Shown piece by piece: positions 40,635 through 49,382 of a stretch of DNA of 64,000 bases (position 1 is its first letter; each line of letters opens with the position of its first letter). The notes beneath the pieces were generated by a model. It worked only from the letters and a program-made list of their open reading frames with translations. It was not told the origin of the DNA and searched no databases. Source of the DNA: Xanthobacteraceae bacterium (lineage in GTDB: Bacteria; Pseudomonadota; Alphaproteobacteria; Rhizobiales; Xanthobacteraceae); contig JASHOR010000094.1 of assembly GCA_030041005.1 (NCBI GenBank), positions 3,064 through 67,063 on the forward strand. The letters run 5' to 3'. The position numbers and the translations under genes are program-made.

Positions 40635-41831
40635 TCATTCAGCGGGCCGATAGCTTCGGCAGCGATTAGCAAAGCTCGGCGAAATGTCGCGTGCTTTGAA
40701 AATCGCACCTGCGAGCAGCGTATAGCTTAGCACGCCGATCGCCACGCGAAGGGGCACGCCGATCGCGATCGAATCGACGAGATCGGTGGTCGAGTCCCAG
40801 GCGCCGTGCAAAACGGACGCGCTCAGCCAGCCAAGCGGAATCAAAAACACCGCCAGTCCGGGCCGCAGCACCGCAAGCCCGATGAAATAGCCGAACAACC
40901 CGCTATAAGCCGAGTGTGCGGTCAGCTCCGGCAGCCCGCGCGCCAGCACTTGCACCAAGCCGTCGAATGTCCCCTCCGCGGGATGTTGCGCGTTGTCGAT
41001 CACCATGGGAACGTACTGGACGAGTGTTTCATATATGAAGAATCCGCTGCCGGACGCGGCGCCGAGAACAATGCCGTCGAGCGGCTCGCGAAGGCCGAAA
41101 TGGTTTCCGACGCCGCAAAAAAACGCGCTCAGCCCGCCTTTTGTGCGGCGGCTCAAGAAAGCGAAGCCTAAGCTCACGAGGGCCAATCCGATAAGAGGCA
41201 CGGCCTTCAGGCCCTCCTCGCACAATCCAGTGCCGAAAATATCTCCGGCAATCACGGCGAGCGCATTCGAGGATTTCTCCAAATTTTGCGCCGGGATCAA
41301 AACGTAGAAAATGTCGTACCAGTAGTCCCAGAACGGGGTTGTCAGGAGCCAGAATGTGAAGACGCTGACGAGCGCCTGGAACCAACCGGCTCTGGCCTGG
41401 CCGCACATCTGATTGATGTAATAGTTTATGATGAACGCGATGTAGATCGCGAGAATGGAGAAAACCTGCCAAGCTTGGTTGATCCCGGGCGGGGCGGGCT
41501 TGCCGGCCATCATCAAATGAAGCCCCGGCAACGGAACCGCCAACAGCAAAAGAGCGACGACCAGAGAAACGAATATCGGCAGTAGATGTTCGTGGCTTAA
41601 GGTGGAGCGTCCCCCCAGCAATGGAAAGAGGACGCTCAGCGAAAGTTGGAATTTTGTCTCGCCGGGCGTGCGACCTCCGAAATCGCCTGTTTTCTCATCT
41701 GCAGCAGCGCGCTCATCGACTGGAGCAGCGCGCTCATCGACGACGTCCTCGCAGGACGAAGGCGGTCGAACTGCCACATCGAGTGCGCGGCTGTATTCCA
41801 TTTCCTTCATTCCAGAATCGATACGTTCCAT
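40635..41831 (-). CDS. PrsW-family intramembrane glutamic protease-like membrane protein
   Basis: The product has multiple TM segments. It carries 'GLCEEGLKAVPL' (EExxK), 'GSGFFIYET' (GxGFxxxE) and 'SVLHGAWDS' (HxxxD). The exact start is uncertain because several Met codons lie near 41831-41800. Confidence 0.7.
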   Translation of the reverse strand: MERIDSGMKEMEYSRALDVAVRPPSSCEDVVDERAAPVDERAAADEKTGDFGGRTPGETKFQLSLSVLFPLLGGRSTLSHEHLLPIFVSLVVALLLLAVPLPGLHLMMAGKPAPPGINQAWQVFSILAIYIAFIINYYINQMCGQARAGWFQALVSVFTFWLLTTPFWDYWYDIFYVLIPAQNLEKSSNALAVIAGDIFGTGLCEEGLKAVPLIGLALVSLGFAFLSRRTKGGLSAFFCGVGNHFGLREPLDGIVLGAASGSGFFIYETLVQYVPMVIDNAQHPAEGTFDGLVQVLARGLPELTAHSAYSGLFGYFIGLAVLRPGLAVFLIPLGWLSASVLHGAWDSTTDLVDSIAIGVPLRVAIGVLSYTLLAGAIFKARDISPSFANRCRSYRPAE

Positions 41832-42334
41832 TCCGCTTTTTTTCGCCGCTTTTTTTCGAGCCTTCGCCTCATGCTGAAGGGCCGCCCCTCCATCGCTCGA
41901 TGACCGGGTGCGGCGCGGTGCCGTGTCGGGATGGAGGGTGTTTGAGATCGGCGCTGCCGGCGTCGCTGATGTTCGCGCAGATGATCACGCAACAGTGCGC
42001 ACTGCATTTTGGCGATGCAGAAACACGAGCCACCTCGCTCGGCGTTTGCGCCATGGTTGCAGAAAAACGGCTTCTCTGCGGCAGTCCAACACCATATGCA
42101 TTGCGCCTGCGACCGTCGCTCAGAGAGTCCTTCGTATTCGCCGTAATGTCTCTGCAGGCGAAACGACAAGAAAGCAGAGCCACGATGCCGTCACTCTGCT
42201 TTCTCGAATCCCGGCGCCTGAAGGCCGATCAGACCCGGCACGCCGGAATTGAGCACGAGAACCACCGTTGGAGAGCCGATGTTTCATTCGGCATCGACGG
42301 CGCCACGGAAGCTCCCTGCGAAACTCGCCTTATT

Positions 42335-42601
42335 CTATTCTTGTTTCGTTGTGCCCGGCATGTGATTTTGCATGTGCCGGTTCGTATGGTGCTTCAAGCG
42401 ATAGTCGGTGGCGAGTTTGTGATTGTAGCCGGCACTGCCGCCGCCATTGCACGACGCGCCGTAACAGGCCACCAAGGTGAGCGGGCTGCTCGGCTCGACG
42501 ACGGGGACGTTGTTGGCCCGCATCTGAGCAAATGTCGGGGAGACAAAGCCTATTGCTGCGGCAACAAAGACAATCTTACCAAGATTCGACTTACTGATCA
42601 T
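42335..42601 (-). CDS. Small secreted His-rich protein (88 aa)
   Basis: The signal peptide is 'MISKSNLGKIVFVAAAIGFVSPTFA'. The C-terminal part reads 'YRLKHHTNRHMQNHMPG'. 'aggagagg' lies upstream of the ATG. Confidence 0.5.
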   Translation of the reverse strand: MISKSNLGKIVFVAAAIGFVSPTFAQMRANNVPVVEPSSPLTLVACYGASCNGGGSAGYNHKLATDYRLKHHTNRHMQNHMPGTTKQE

Positions 42602-42720
42602 CGGTCCTCTCCTGACGACAAACGACGTCGGCCACGCCTCCTGCGTGATCAGTCGCTACAGCTATACACGCACCGCGACAATGGCCACGACGGATACGTA
42701 GGCAGCGGTCGAAGGCATAA

Positions 42721-42757
42721 CTTTTGGAAAATTGCGCAACCTTGTGGAAATTAGCGT
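42721..42757 (-). promoter_or_regulatory. Conserved upstream element, instance 2
   Basis: The sequence is 'cttttggaaaattgcgcaaccttgtggaaattagcgtg', 120 nt upstream of the start at 42601. Confidence 0.45.
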
Positions 42758-42933
42758 GATCGCGATCGAAAAGACTGCATTGGGTTCCAAGTGGCCACCT
42801 TGACGACCGACAGCTTTGGCGACGCGGCTCCAGATGGGAACCACCGGGAACTCCGCCAGCCGCCGCAGTCGAGCCCGTGACTAGAGGCCGCTCGGCGAGC
42901 CGTTCGCGCAGATATCGCTCTTTCCGCGGCTAT

Positions 42934-43944
42934 CTACAAAGATCGCCGATATTCACGCGGCGACATTCCGGCGATGCGTCTGAAGACAAGGGAAAATTGA
43001 CTCGAGCTGTTGAAGCCGCAGTCAACCGCGATGTCGGTCAGCGTTCGATCCCGGTCGATCATCATCTGTTTGGCGCGGTTGACCCGATGTAAAAGTAGAT
43101 ATCGATGGGGCGTGACGCCCATCGATTCCTTAAAGGCACGACATAACGACGTCGGATGCAACTGCAGTTGACGAGCGAGTTCCGTCAAGGAAGGGGCTTC
43201 GGAGAGACCGCCTTCAAGCAGCTCCAATGCCCGCTTGAGTCTCCACCCTGGCAAGCCTCCCTTTCTGTAGATCAGGCGCCGCTGTCTACCGAAATTCGAT
43301 GCACACCGCACAAGCTGGCTCAGCAGCAATGTGAGCAGGGCGTCAACATAAAGCTTCGTATTCCAGCCTGGATTTTCAATCTCTTGCAAAAAACTCAACA
43401 GCGTGCGACGCATGTCCTCGTCGTCGACACCAATACGTTGCTCGAATACGACACTCGCAGGATCTCCACCAAACAGGCGGCTTAGTCCCGCCGGCGCGAT
43501 CGTCAGCAGCAACATGCGGCATGAAGCTTGTGCGGTCCTTTTGCGTAACCGTAGATAGCTCTGCGCCGGGTTGAAGATCACAGTGTTCGGAGGCATGCAG
43601 GAGGATTTTGCGGCATGGCCGCCATTGCTCCACTCGCATCCTCCAGACATGCCATCCGGCAAAAACATGACAAGGTGCGACTCGAGCGAAAATTCCATCT
43701 CGGCCGCATCGCCTCGCGCGAATTTCACCAGTTCGCCATGCATTTCCCCGGTTTCGAATCTGCCAATTGCTTCCGATGACGGACTCACAAATTGCTCTAC
43801 ATCGACCCTGTCGGCGGTCTCCCATCGAGACTGATCGACCGGGCGTCTCAACGCCTGTACGTCTGTCATGTTCGTTGCCGTCGCCTCCTGGCTCGCCTCG
43901 TCGGTGAAATGACGATTTTGCAAGGCGCCCGCGCACTTCTCCAA
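42934..43944 (-). CDS. AraC-family transcriptional regulator
   Basis: The C-terminal dual HTH reads 'LTELARQLQLHPTSLCRAFKESMGVTPHRYLLLHRVNRAKQMMIDRDRTLTDIAVDCGFNSSSQFSLVFRRIAGMSPREYRR'. Confidence 0.85.
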   Translation of the reverse strand: MEKCAGALQNRHFTDEASQEATATNMTDVQALRRPVDQSRWETADRVDVEQFVSPSSEAIGRFETGEMHGELVKFARGDAAEMEFSLESHLVMFLPDGMSGGCEWSNGGHAAKSSCMPPNTVIFNPAQSYLRLRKRTAQASCRMLLLTIAPAGLSRLFGGDPASVVFEQRIGVDDEDMRRTLLSFLQEIENPGWNTKLYVDALLTLLLSQLVRCASNFGRQRRLIYRKGGLPGWRLKRALELLEGGLSEAPSLTELARQLQLHPTSLCRAFKESMGVTPHRYLLLHRVNRAKQMMIDRDRTLTDIAVDCGFNSSSQFSLVFRRIAGMSPREYRRSL

Positions 43945-44322
43945 GATTGCTTCATTTACCGGCAGATTGCCCGTTAGTGCTCGTTAGAGCCTGTTATTTA
44001 TCGCCAGTCATAGTAATGACACACGAAACTTGCTTAGCGATTGCATGGCTTTTCATGGGCTCGAAAGAATAATGGAATGGTCACCTGAAATTGATTTTGC
44101 GGTTACTCCGGGCAAACGCTTGCGCAAAGTGTCCGTCACAGGCGCGCAGCGGAGCGCAAGAACATCAACTTGACAACATTGACAACATGGCCGACCCGGC
44201 GGGTCCGACATCGCGCCGCTGCGGTCGTTTCGTTGTGTGCGAATAAACCATCGGTCCGCACGACCGGCGTATCGTCCAAGATCGAAATCGCAGCATCTTT
44301 AGTTCTCTATCTGGAAAACCGC

Positions 44323-44538
44323 CTATTCGTCCAAGGCCTGAGCGGTATCCGAGGCGGGGTAAGAATTCTGAGGCGGATCGTAATCGTAGATTTGTCCTCG
44401 ATGAGTAATGACGAACGCGCGGTAATGATGACGATCGAAAGACAAATACCGGGAGGACTGAGCGAGCGCTGGCGAGATGCTCGCCATTGTCGTCGCCCCC
44501 ACCGCCGCAACGATCACGATTTTCAGGTTGTTCTTCAT
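44323..44538 (-). CDS. Small secreted His/Tyr-rich protein (71 aa)
   Basis: The signal peptide is 'MKNNLKIVIVAAVGATTMASISPALA'. The mature part reads 'QSSRYLSFDRHHYRAFVITHRGQIYDYDPPQNSYP'. 'aaagagg' lies upstream of the ATG. Confidence 0.55.
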   Translation of the reverse strand: MKNNLKIVIVAAVGATTMASISPALAQSSRYLSFDRHHYRAFVITHRGQIYDYDPPQNSYPASDTAQALDE

Positions 44539-44638
44539 GATAACCTCTTTAATCCCGCAATTTCAGATATTCCGATGTTCGTTTTGGCAGCTCGCTGTTC
44601 CACTTGTGCATTTTTTCTGGAAGCACGCTGAAACTCTC

Positions 44639-44682
44639 GCTTGAAAATCACATCTCTTTCGGAAAATTGCTCAAAACACGGA
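44639..44682 (-). promoter_or_regulatory. Conserved upstream element, instance 3
   Basis: The sequence is 'gcttgaaaatcacatctctttcggaaaattgctcaaaacacgg', 118 nt upstream of the start at 44538. Confidence 0.45.
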
Positions 44683-45116
44683 TTTTTCGATTGAGCTAAT
44701 TTTACGGGATATTAATGGCGACAGGCGCCTCCCCCGCCAAGCGGCGGTGAGGCTCGGCGAACATCGCGCAGCGATGGAGTCGTGGTGGGGGATGAACAAG
44801 GAAGAGCGCCACCTCGCCGTTCCACTTTGTTCGCGGCGCTTTCCCCGACACCCGCTGGCCTCGCGAGGGGGCAAACAGACGCAGGAAGCCAGGATGTGCC
44901 GCGCAGGAGGCGAAAACGTCACCACGTCTGTTCGAAGATGTCGGGCGCGCAAAGCCTTGCGATAGCTGCGAGGCTGCCTGACGGCTCCTTCGGGGGTTCT
45001 TTCGCGCGGCGCGCGCCATCGAGCCGATGATGGCCGCTCCGGGTGGACAAAATGCGCAGGCGCGGCGAAGCGGGAGGCCGTGCTATAGGAGCGCGATCGC
45101 GCAGGGGAGCTGGGTC

Positions 45117-45917
45117 ATGCGTCTGCAATCAATCCACGGCGGGCTTGCCGCCGGCCTTCTTGGCGCGGCGACGGTTGTCGCGGCAGCGCTTGTCTTCGCC
45201 GCGCCGCTTGCTGCCCAGGTGCAGCAAAAGCTCAATCCCGAGGACGAGTTGTCGCCGTCGCAGATGAGACAACCGATGCCGGCGGCCGTGGCAAAACCGA
45301 TCGCCGGTCCGGCACGATCATCGCAGAACAGGCCGGCGAAACACGCGGCCGCGGCGCGGCGAAAGGCCCCGGCGCGCACGTTGCACGTTGCCAATGTCCA
45401 CACCGTGGTGGAATGCAGCGGTCCGTTTGCCAAGGATTCCGGCATGCTGGCGCTGGCGGTGGCGTTTGATTCGCGCAACATGATCTTCACCCACGAAACC
45501 GTGCAGGGCAGCCAGGTCGGCGTGACCGTGCTGTTTCCAAAGGACCCGCGGCGACGGCTCGAAGTATGGTGGCAGAACCCGAACCGCACCGGCACCTATC
45601 TCATCGACATCGCCGGACGCTCGATCTGGACCGCGCCGAAAGGCCTGCGGCTCGGGCTCACGCTCGAACAACTGCAGAAGCTCAATCGCAAGCCGTTCAA
45701 GCTCAAGGGCTTCGATGCCAACGGCATCGCCAACGTGGCCGACTGGGATGGCGGCGCGCTCGCGCAACTCCCCGGCGGCTGCAAGGCCGGCGTCAGTCTG
45801 CAGGCGAAAGCCAAAGCCGCCGCCGGCGAACTGCCGGCCAAGGACCAGTACAGTTCCGAGGATCCGGCGATGCGCGCCTTGCGGCCGACCGTGAGCGAAA
45901 TCCTGCTCGGCTATTAG
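45117..45917 (+). CDS. Secreted hypothetical protein
   Basis: The signal peptide is 'MRLQSIHGGLAAGLLGAATVVAAALVFAAPLAA'. A basic Ala/Pro-rich linker and a roughly 170 aa globular part follow. The listed start at 45027 is an extension. Confidence 0.65.
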   Translation: MRLQSIHGGLAAGLLGAATVVAAALVFAAPLAAQVQQKLNPEDELSPSQMRQPMPAAVAKPIAGPARSSQNRPAKHAAAARRKAPARTLHVANVHTVVECSGPFAKDSGMLALAVAFDSRNMIFTHETVQGSQVGVTVLFPKDPRRRLEVWWQNPNRTGTYLIDIAGRSIWTAPKGLRLGLTLEQLQKLNRKPFKLKGFDANGIANVADWDGGALAQLPGGCKAGVSLQAKAKAAAGELPAKDQYSSEDPAMRALRPTVSEILLGY

Positions 45918-45947
45918 ACCGCGATCCGATCATACGGCGATTTGCAT

Positions 45948-46056
45948 CGTCATTGCGAGAAGCCCCGGCAGGGCGGCGAAGCAATCCAAAATTTGATCTT
46001 TTCGGCGCTGGATTGCTTCGCGGAGCCTGTCGGACGAAGCTTGAGCTTTCAGCGTC
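45948..46056. repeat. Nested-palindrome REP-like element, second copy (inverted, one arm degenerate)
   Basis: 'cgtcattgcgagaagccccggcagggcggcgaagcaatccaaaatttgatcttttcggcgctggattgcttcgcggagcctgtcgg...' closely matches the reverse complement of 23847-23975. Confidence 0.75.
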
Positions 46057-46444
46057 ATGGGCTTGGCTTGCCGCGAGCCGTATCCGGCTTCTTCGCCGGC
46101 ATGGCGGGCGATTGCTCCTTGCCGAGACTGCGCACGTCGCGCGCCATTTCCAGGCAGGTGAGCAACTCGGTGTAGCTCGAATCGCCGCCCATTTTCGATT
46201 CGTCGATACAGTGGCTCTTATCAGTGGCGGAAAAACTCGACCAGCGCTTGATCAGTTCGTCGCGTACCTCGTGCTCGCTGTCCAGGCAGTCCTGTTTCTC
46301 CTTGGCGATCGCCGGATCGTGAAACGAACTGCCGCCCTGCACCGCGATGCCTTGGCAGACCGGGTTGACATTGAGGATCGGGACGCTATCGGCCGCAGGC
46401 AGCAAGAGTTGCGCTCCAAGCGCAAACGCCGCAGGCAGAATCAT
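46055..46444 (-). CDS. Secreted hypothetical protein with four Cys
   Basis: I prefer the start at 'MILPAAFALGAQLLLPAA' (46444). The mature part reads 'VCQGIAVQ...KQDCLDSEHEVRDELIKRW...KSHCIDES...YTELLTCLEMA'. Confidence 0.6.
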   Translation of the reverse strand: MILPAAFALGAQLLLPAADSVPILNVNPVCQGIAVQGGSSFHDPAIAKEKQDCLDSEHEVRDELIKRWSSFSATDKSHCIDESKMGGDSSYTELLTCLEMARDVRSLGKEQSPAMPAKKPDTARGKPSP

Positions 46445-46725
46445 GGTCGTGCTCCGCAATGCCGTTGCGAGACGCGCCCGTGAAACGCGCCGCCGCGTCG
46501 GCAGCAAATCTAGCATGCCGCGGCGGCGAAACGAGGCAAAACTGCGAGACGTTTTTCACCGGACCATATCTCGGGGCCGCCGCTCCACGTTTTGCCCACG
46601 CGGCGGAACAGGCGGCAGTCGAAAAAGCGAAAGCGCCCAATTAGGCGCTCGCGCAGCGCCGGCGGGCCAATGGCCGTGCCGGCGCGTCCTGTCAGATCAG
46701 TCGATCGGCTGATCACCGATCACTT

Positions 46726-47301
46726 TCAGCGCGGAAGCGCCTGCATCGCGATGCCGGTATCGGGATCGATCACCAGGATGCGATCGTCCTGATAGATGTA
46801 GTGGTAGAACGGCACCGGCGCGGGAGCGGCCACGACCGGCACGGGGGCGGCCACAGCGGGAACGACCGCGGGAGCCAGCATCGGCGTCGTCACGACGGTA
46901 TCGTAGAGCGGCTCACCGTAATACGGCGCGGGCGCGACCGGCACCGGCGCGGCATAGCCGTAATCGTAGTCGGAGTCGTAGTCGGAGCCGTAGTCGTAGT
47001 CGTAAAGCGGCCCCGGATAGGTCGCCGCGGCGACCGGTGCGGCAACACTCGTCGCGGCGGGAATCACACGGTGGCTGATATAGGTCCGCCGCGTAACCGT
47101 CACACGGCGCCGCCGTGCCGGTCGCAGCGTGCGGACCGTAGTCACGGTGGTGACCGTGCGGGTCGGCGCGACTGCGACAGGCCCGGGCGCAGTGACAACC
47201 GGCGCTGGGGCAATCACCGCCTGTGCTTCCGCGGCTGGAGCCGCCAAAGCGAATACCAGGCCGATCGCAGTACATGCGGTGCACGGGATATGAAATCTCA
47301 T
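46726..47301 (-). CDS. Secreted Pro/Ala/Val-rich protein with an acidic Tyr-rich segment
   Basis: The signal peptide is 'MRFHIPCTACTAIGLVFALAAPAAEA'. The product also contains 'PGPLYDYDYGSDYDSDYDYGYAAP' and the C-terminal 'YIYQDDRILVIDPDTGIAMQAL'. Confidence 0.6.
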   Translation of the reverse strand: MRFHIPCTACTAIGLVFALAAPAAEAQAVIAPAPVVTAPGPVAVAPTRTVTTVTTVRTLRPARRRRVTVTRRTYISHRVIPAATSVAAPVAAATYPGPLYDYDYGSDYDSDYDYGYAAPVPVAPAPYYGEPLYDTVVTTPMLAPAVVPAVAAPVPVVAAPAPVPFYHYIYQDDRILVIDPDTGIAMQALPR

Positions 47302-47460
47302 GGCCTACTCTCCTGGTCTGTTCGGAACCTGACCGAGCACCGATCTCAACGCGGCTTGGCGCGCAGCGTTCCTGCCCGCCGCCTGCGGGTGCGCGATGGG
47401 CGCGCAAGATCAAGAAGAAAGATCGCCCGACACGGTTCCGCTGCCGCAAAATAGGCGCGC

Positions 47461-48687
47461 TCACGCCGCGTCGGCACCGTAGGCGCGGGCGAGCGCACCG
47501 CGCAGCAGCGCTGCAAGCGGCAGGGTCGAGAGGGCCACGCCTGCGACCAGGATGAGAGCGTGGAAGATGCCGAGCGCGTCGCCGGCGCGGCCGAACACGA
47601 TCGGCGCAATCGCGCCCGAGCCGATCGTGCCGGTGTAGAAGATGCTCAGGGCCCGCGTGCGCCATGCGGCGGCAACCAGATCGGGCACAGAGCCGTAAAG
47701 CACCGAAGACGTGCCGTTGAGCGCCATGCCGATCAACGGCAGAAGCAGCAGGCACGCCGGCAGCGGCAGCGGCATCAGCGCCAGGATGCCGGCTGCGGTG
47801 AGACCCTCGGTCAGCCATACCGTTCCAATCGTGCCGATGCGTGCGCCGAGGAAAGTGCAGCCGAGCTTGCCGGCGGCACCGCCGGCAAAGACCAGCGTCA
47901 TCGCCAGCCCCACCTCCTGCAGGCTTGCTCCCTTATGGGTGAGCACGAACGGCAGAAACAGCAGGAAGCCCATGCGCGTGGCGCTGTCGAGAATGCCGAT
48001 TGCGAGCAACAGGCCGAAGGCGCGAGATTGCTGCGGCCGATCGGGCCCCGTCGGCTCTTGCTCGCCTTTAACGGCGGCGGGACGATCCTCGCGAGGCGTG
48101 AACACGAGGATCACGGCCGCCATCGCCAAACCGAGGCTGCCGAGGATTGCAAGCGCCGGCCGCCACGGCATTGCCAAGAGCATCAACGACAAAACGGCGG
48201 GTACGGTCATCTTGCCGAGATCGCCGGAGAAATTGTAGGTGCCGAGCGCCTTGAGCGAGCGCGGGCCGGCAAACGTACGCGCCACCAGCGACGAGGCGAG
48301 CGGATGCTGCGCACTGGCGCCCACTCCGCCAATAACGAGCGCGCCAAGCAGCATGAGAAATCCGGCGCTTGCCCCAGCAAGGCAGTAGCCAGCCCCGGCC
48401 AGCGCAGTGCCGAGCGCCAGCACCGCGGCGGTACCAAAGCGCTCCGACAACAGGCCGGCCGGGATCGCCAGACTCGCCATCGCGCCGACGAACATGCTGC
48501 GAAGCAGGCCGAGCGCCGCATAGCTGAGGCCGAATTCGCTCTGCCACAAAGGCAGCATGATGTAGATCAGATCGGCGTAACCATCATGCAGCGCATGCGC
48601 GCTGCCGGCAATTGTGGCCGCACGCCGTTGCTCGACCGAGAATTTCCCGGCGCGCGCCCAAATTCCGTCCCAAAGAAGCCAAGCCAT
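47461..48687 (-). CDS. MFS transporter
   Basis: The 408 aa product has about 12 TM segments and contains 'HALHDGYADLIYIMLPLWQSEFGLSYAALGLLRS'. Confidence 0.85.
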   Translation of the reverse strand: MAWLLWDGIWARAGKFSVEQRRAATIAGSAHALHDGYADLIYIMLPLWQSEFGLSYAALGLLRSMFVGAMASLAIPAGLLSERFGTAAVLALGTALAGAGYCLAGASAGFLMLLGALVIGGVGASAQHPLASSLVARTFAGPRSLKALGTYNFSGDLGKMTVPAVLSLMLLAMPWRPALAILGSLGLAMAAVILVFTPREDRPAAVKGEQEPTGPDRPQQSRAFGLLLAIGILDSATRMGFLLFLPFVLTHKGASLQEVGLAMTLVFAGGAAGKLGCTFLGARIGTIGTVWLTEGLTAAGILALMPLPLPACLLLLPLIGMALNGTSSVLYGSVPDLVAAAWRTRALSIFYTGTIGSGAIAPIVFGRAGDALGIFHALILVAGVALSTLPLAALLRGALARAYGADAA

Positions 48688-48948
48688 CGACCGCCATAGC
48701 GCTCAGTTCACGCACGATAATCCAATCCGCGGGAGGAAGTCGCAAGCTCGATCGCGGTTGGCGTCGGTTTCTTGCGGGAGCTGCCTTCCGGCCGTCGAAT
48801 TCATGCGCCTTAACTGCGGGGCGGCCAGCCGTTCAATCGTGACGATGGCCGGCCGAGAAGCCGCAATTGACCATGGCAATCGCCAAGTGCAGTCTGCCGG
48901 CCATCCACCAGATTCGCGCGCGGGCGTCTTTGCCCGGGAGGGAAGAAC

Positions 48949-49284
48949 ATGTTCGGCACCGGCGATCTGTTCCAGTGGGAGCGGTTCGTAACGCCTACGG
49001 TCATCAAGGTGTTCTACTGGCTCGCCGTGGTCATTTCCGTCCTGCTCGGGATCGCCGGCGTCGTCACCGCACTCGGCACGATGGCATTCAATCCGTTTGT
49101 CGGCATGATCTTCCTCATCGCCAGCGTGCTCGGGGCTTTCATGGGCGTGATCGTCTCGCGCATCCTCGCCGAGTTCGTGCTCATCGTGTTCCGCATCAAC
49201 GAACATCTGGGCGCGATCAGAAATCAAGGCGCGGGGTTGCGCGCCCAATGGGCGGTCCCCGAAGTCGAGCCGACCGACCACTGA
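48949..49284 (+). CDS. DUF4282-like small membrane protein
   Basis: The N-terminus is 'MFGTGDLFQWERFVTPTVIKVFYWLAVVISVLLGI'. The product has two TM helices and contains 'RILAEFVLIVFRINEHL'. Confidence 0.7.
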   Translation: MFGTGDLFQWERFVTPTVIKVFYWLAVVISVLLGIAGVVTALGTMAFNPFVGMIFLIASVLGAFMGVIVSRILAEFVLIVFRINEHLGAIRNQGAGLRAQWAVPEVEPTDH

Positions 49285-49311
49285 AGTCCGCGATCGAGTT
49301 GCTCGGCGTTT

Positions 49312-49382
49312 CTAGTGTCCCGATTCCGAAGTTCGCATCATTATGCCACGCTCGTTTGCAAACTTCGGAATCAGGACACTAG
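49312..49382. repeat. CTAG-bounded hairpin module type B between convergent genes
   Basis: The sequence is 'ctagtgtcccgattccgaagttcgcatcattatgccacgctcgtttgcaaacttcggaatcaggacactag'. Its right CTAG (49379-49382) contains the ychF stop codon. Confidence 0.9.

Noticed and set aside
41807-42169. A 120 aa minus-strand ORF with several Cys ('CIWCWTAAEKPFFCNHGANAERGGSCFCIAKMQC'), considered as a possible zinc-binding protein or anti-sigma factor upstream of the PrsW-like gene.
   Set aside because: It has a TTG start without an SD, moderate codon bias and an Arg/Lys-rich tail that overlaps the PrsW start region. It has no recognisable ZAS (HxxxCxxC) motif. The evidence is too weak to call.
44170-44187. 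A tandem 9-bp duplication, 'ttgacaaca ttgacaaca', in the AT-rich region upstream of the AraC gene.
   Set aside because: It is real in the sequence, but it has only two short copies with no further periodicity or partner motif. That is too little to interpret.
47560-48699. A 379 aa plus-strand ORF rich in Arg, Gln and Glu.
   Set aside because: It is antisense to the MFS transporter at 47461-48687, whose translation shows regular TM helices. It is a shadow ORF.
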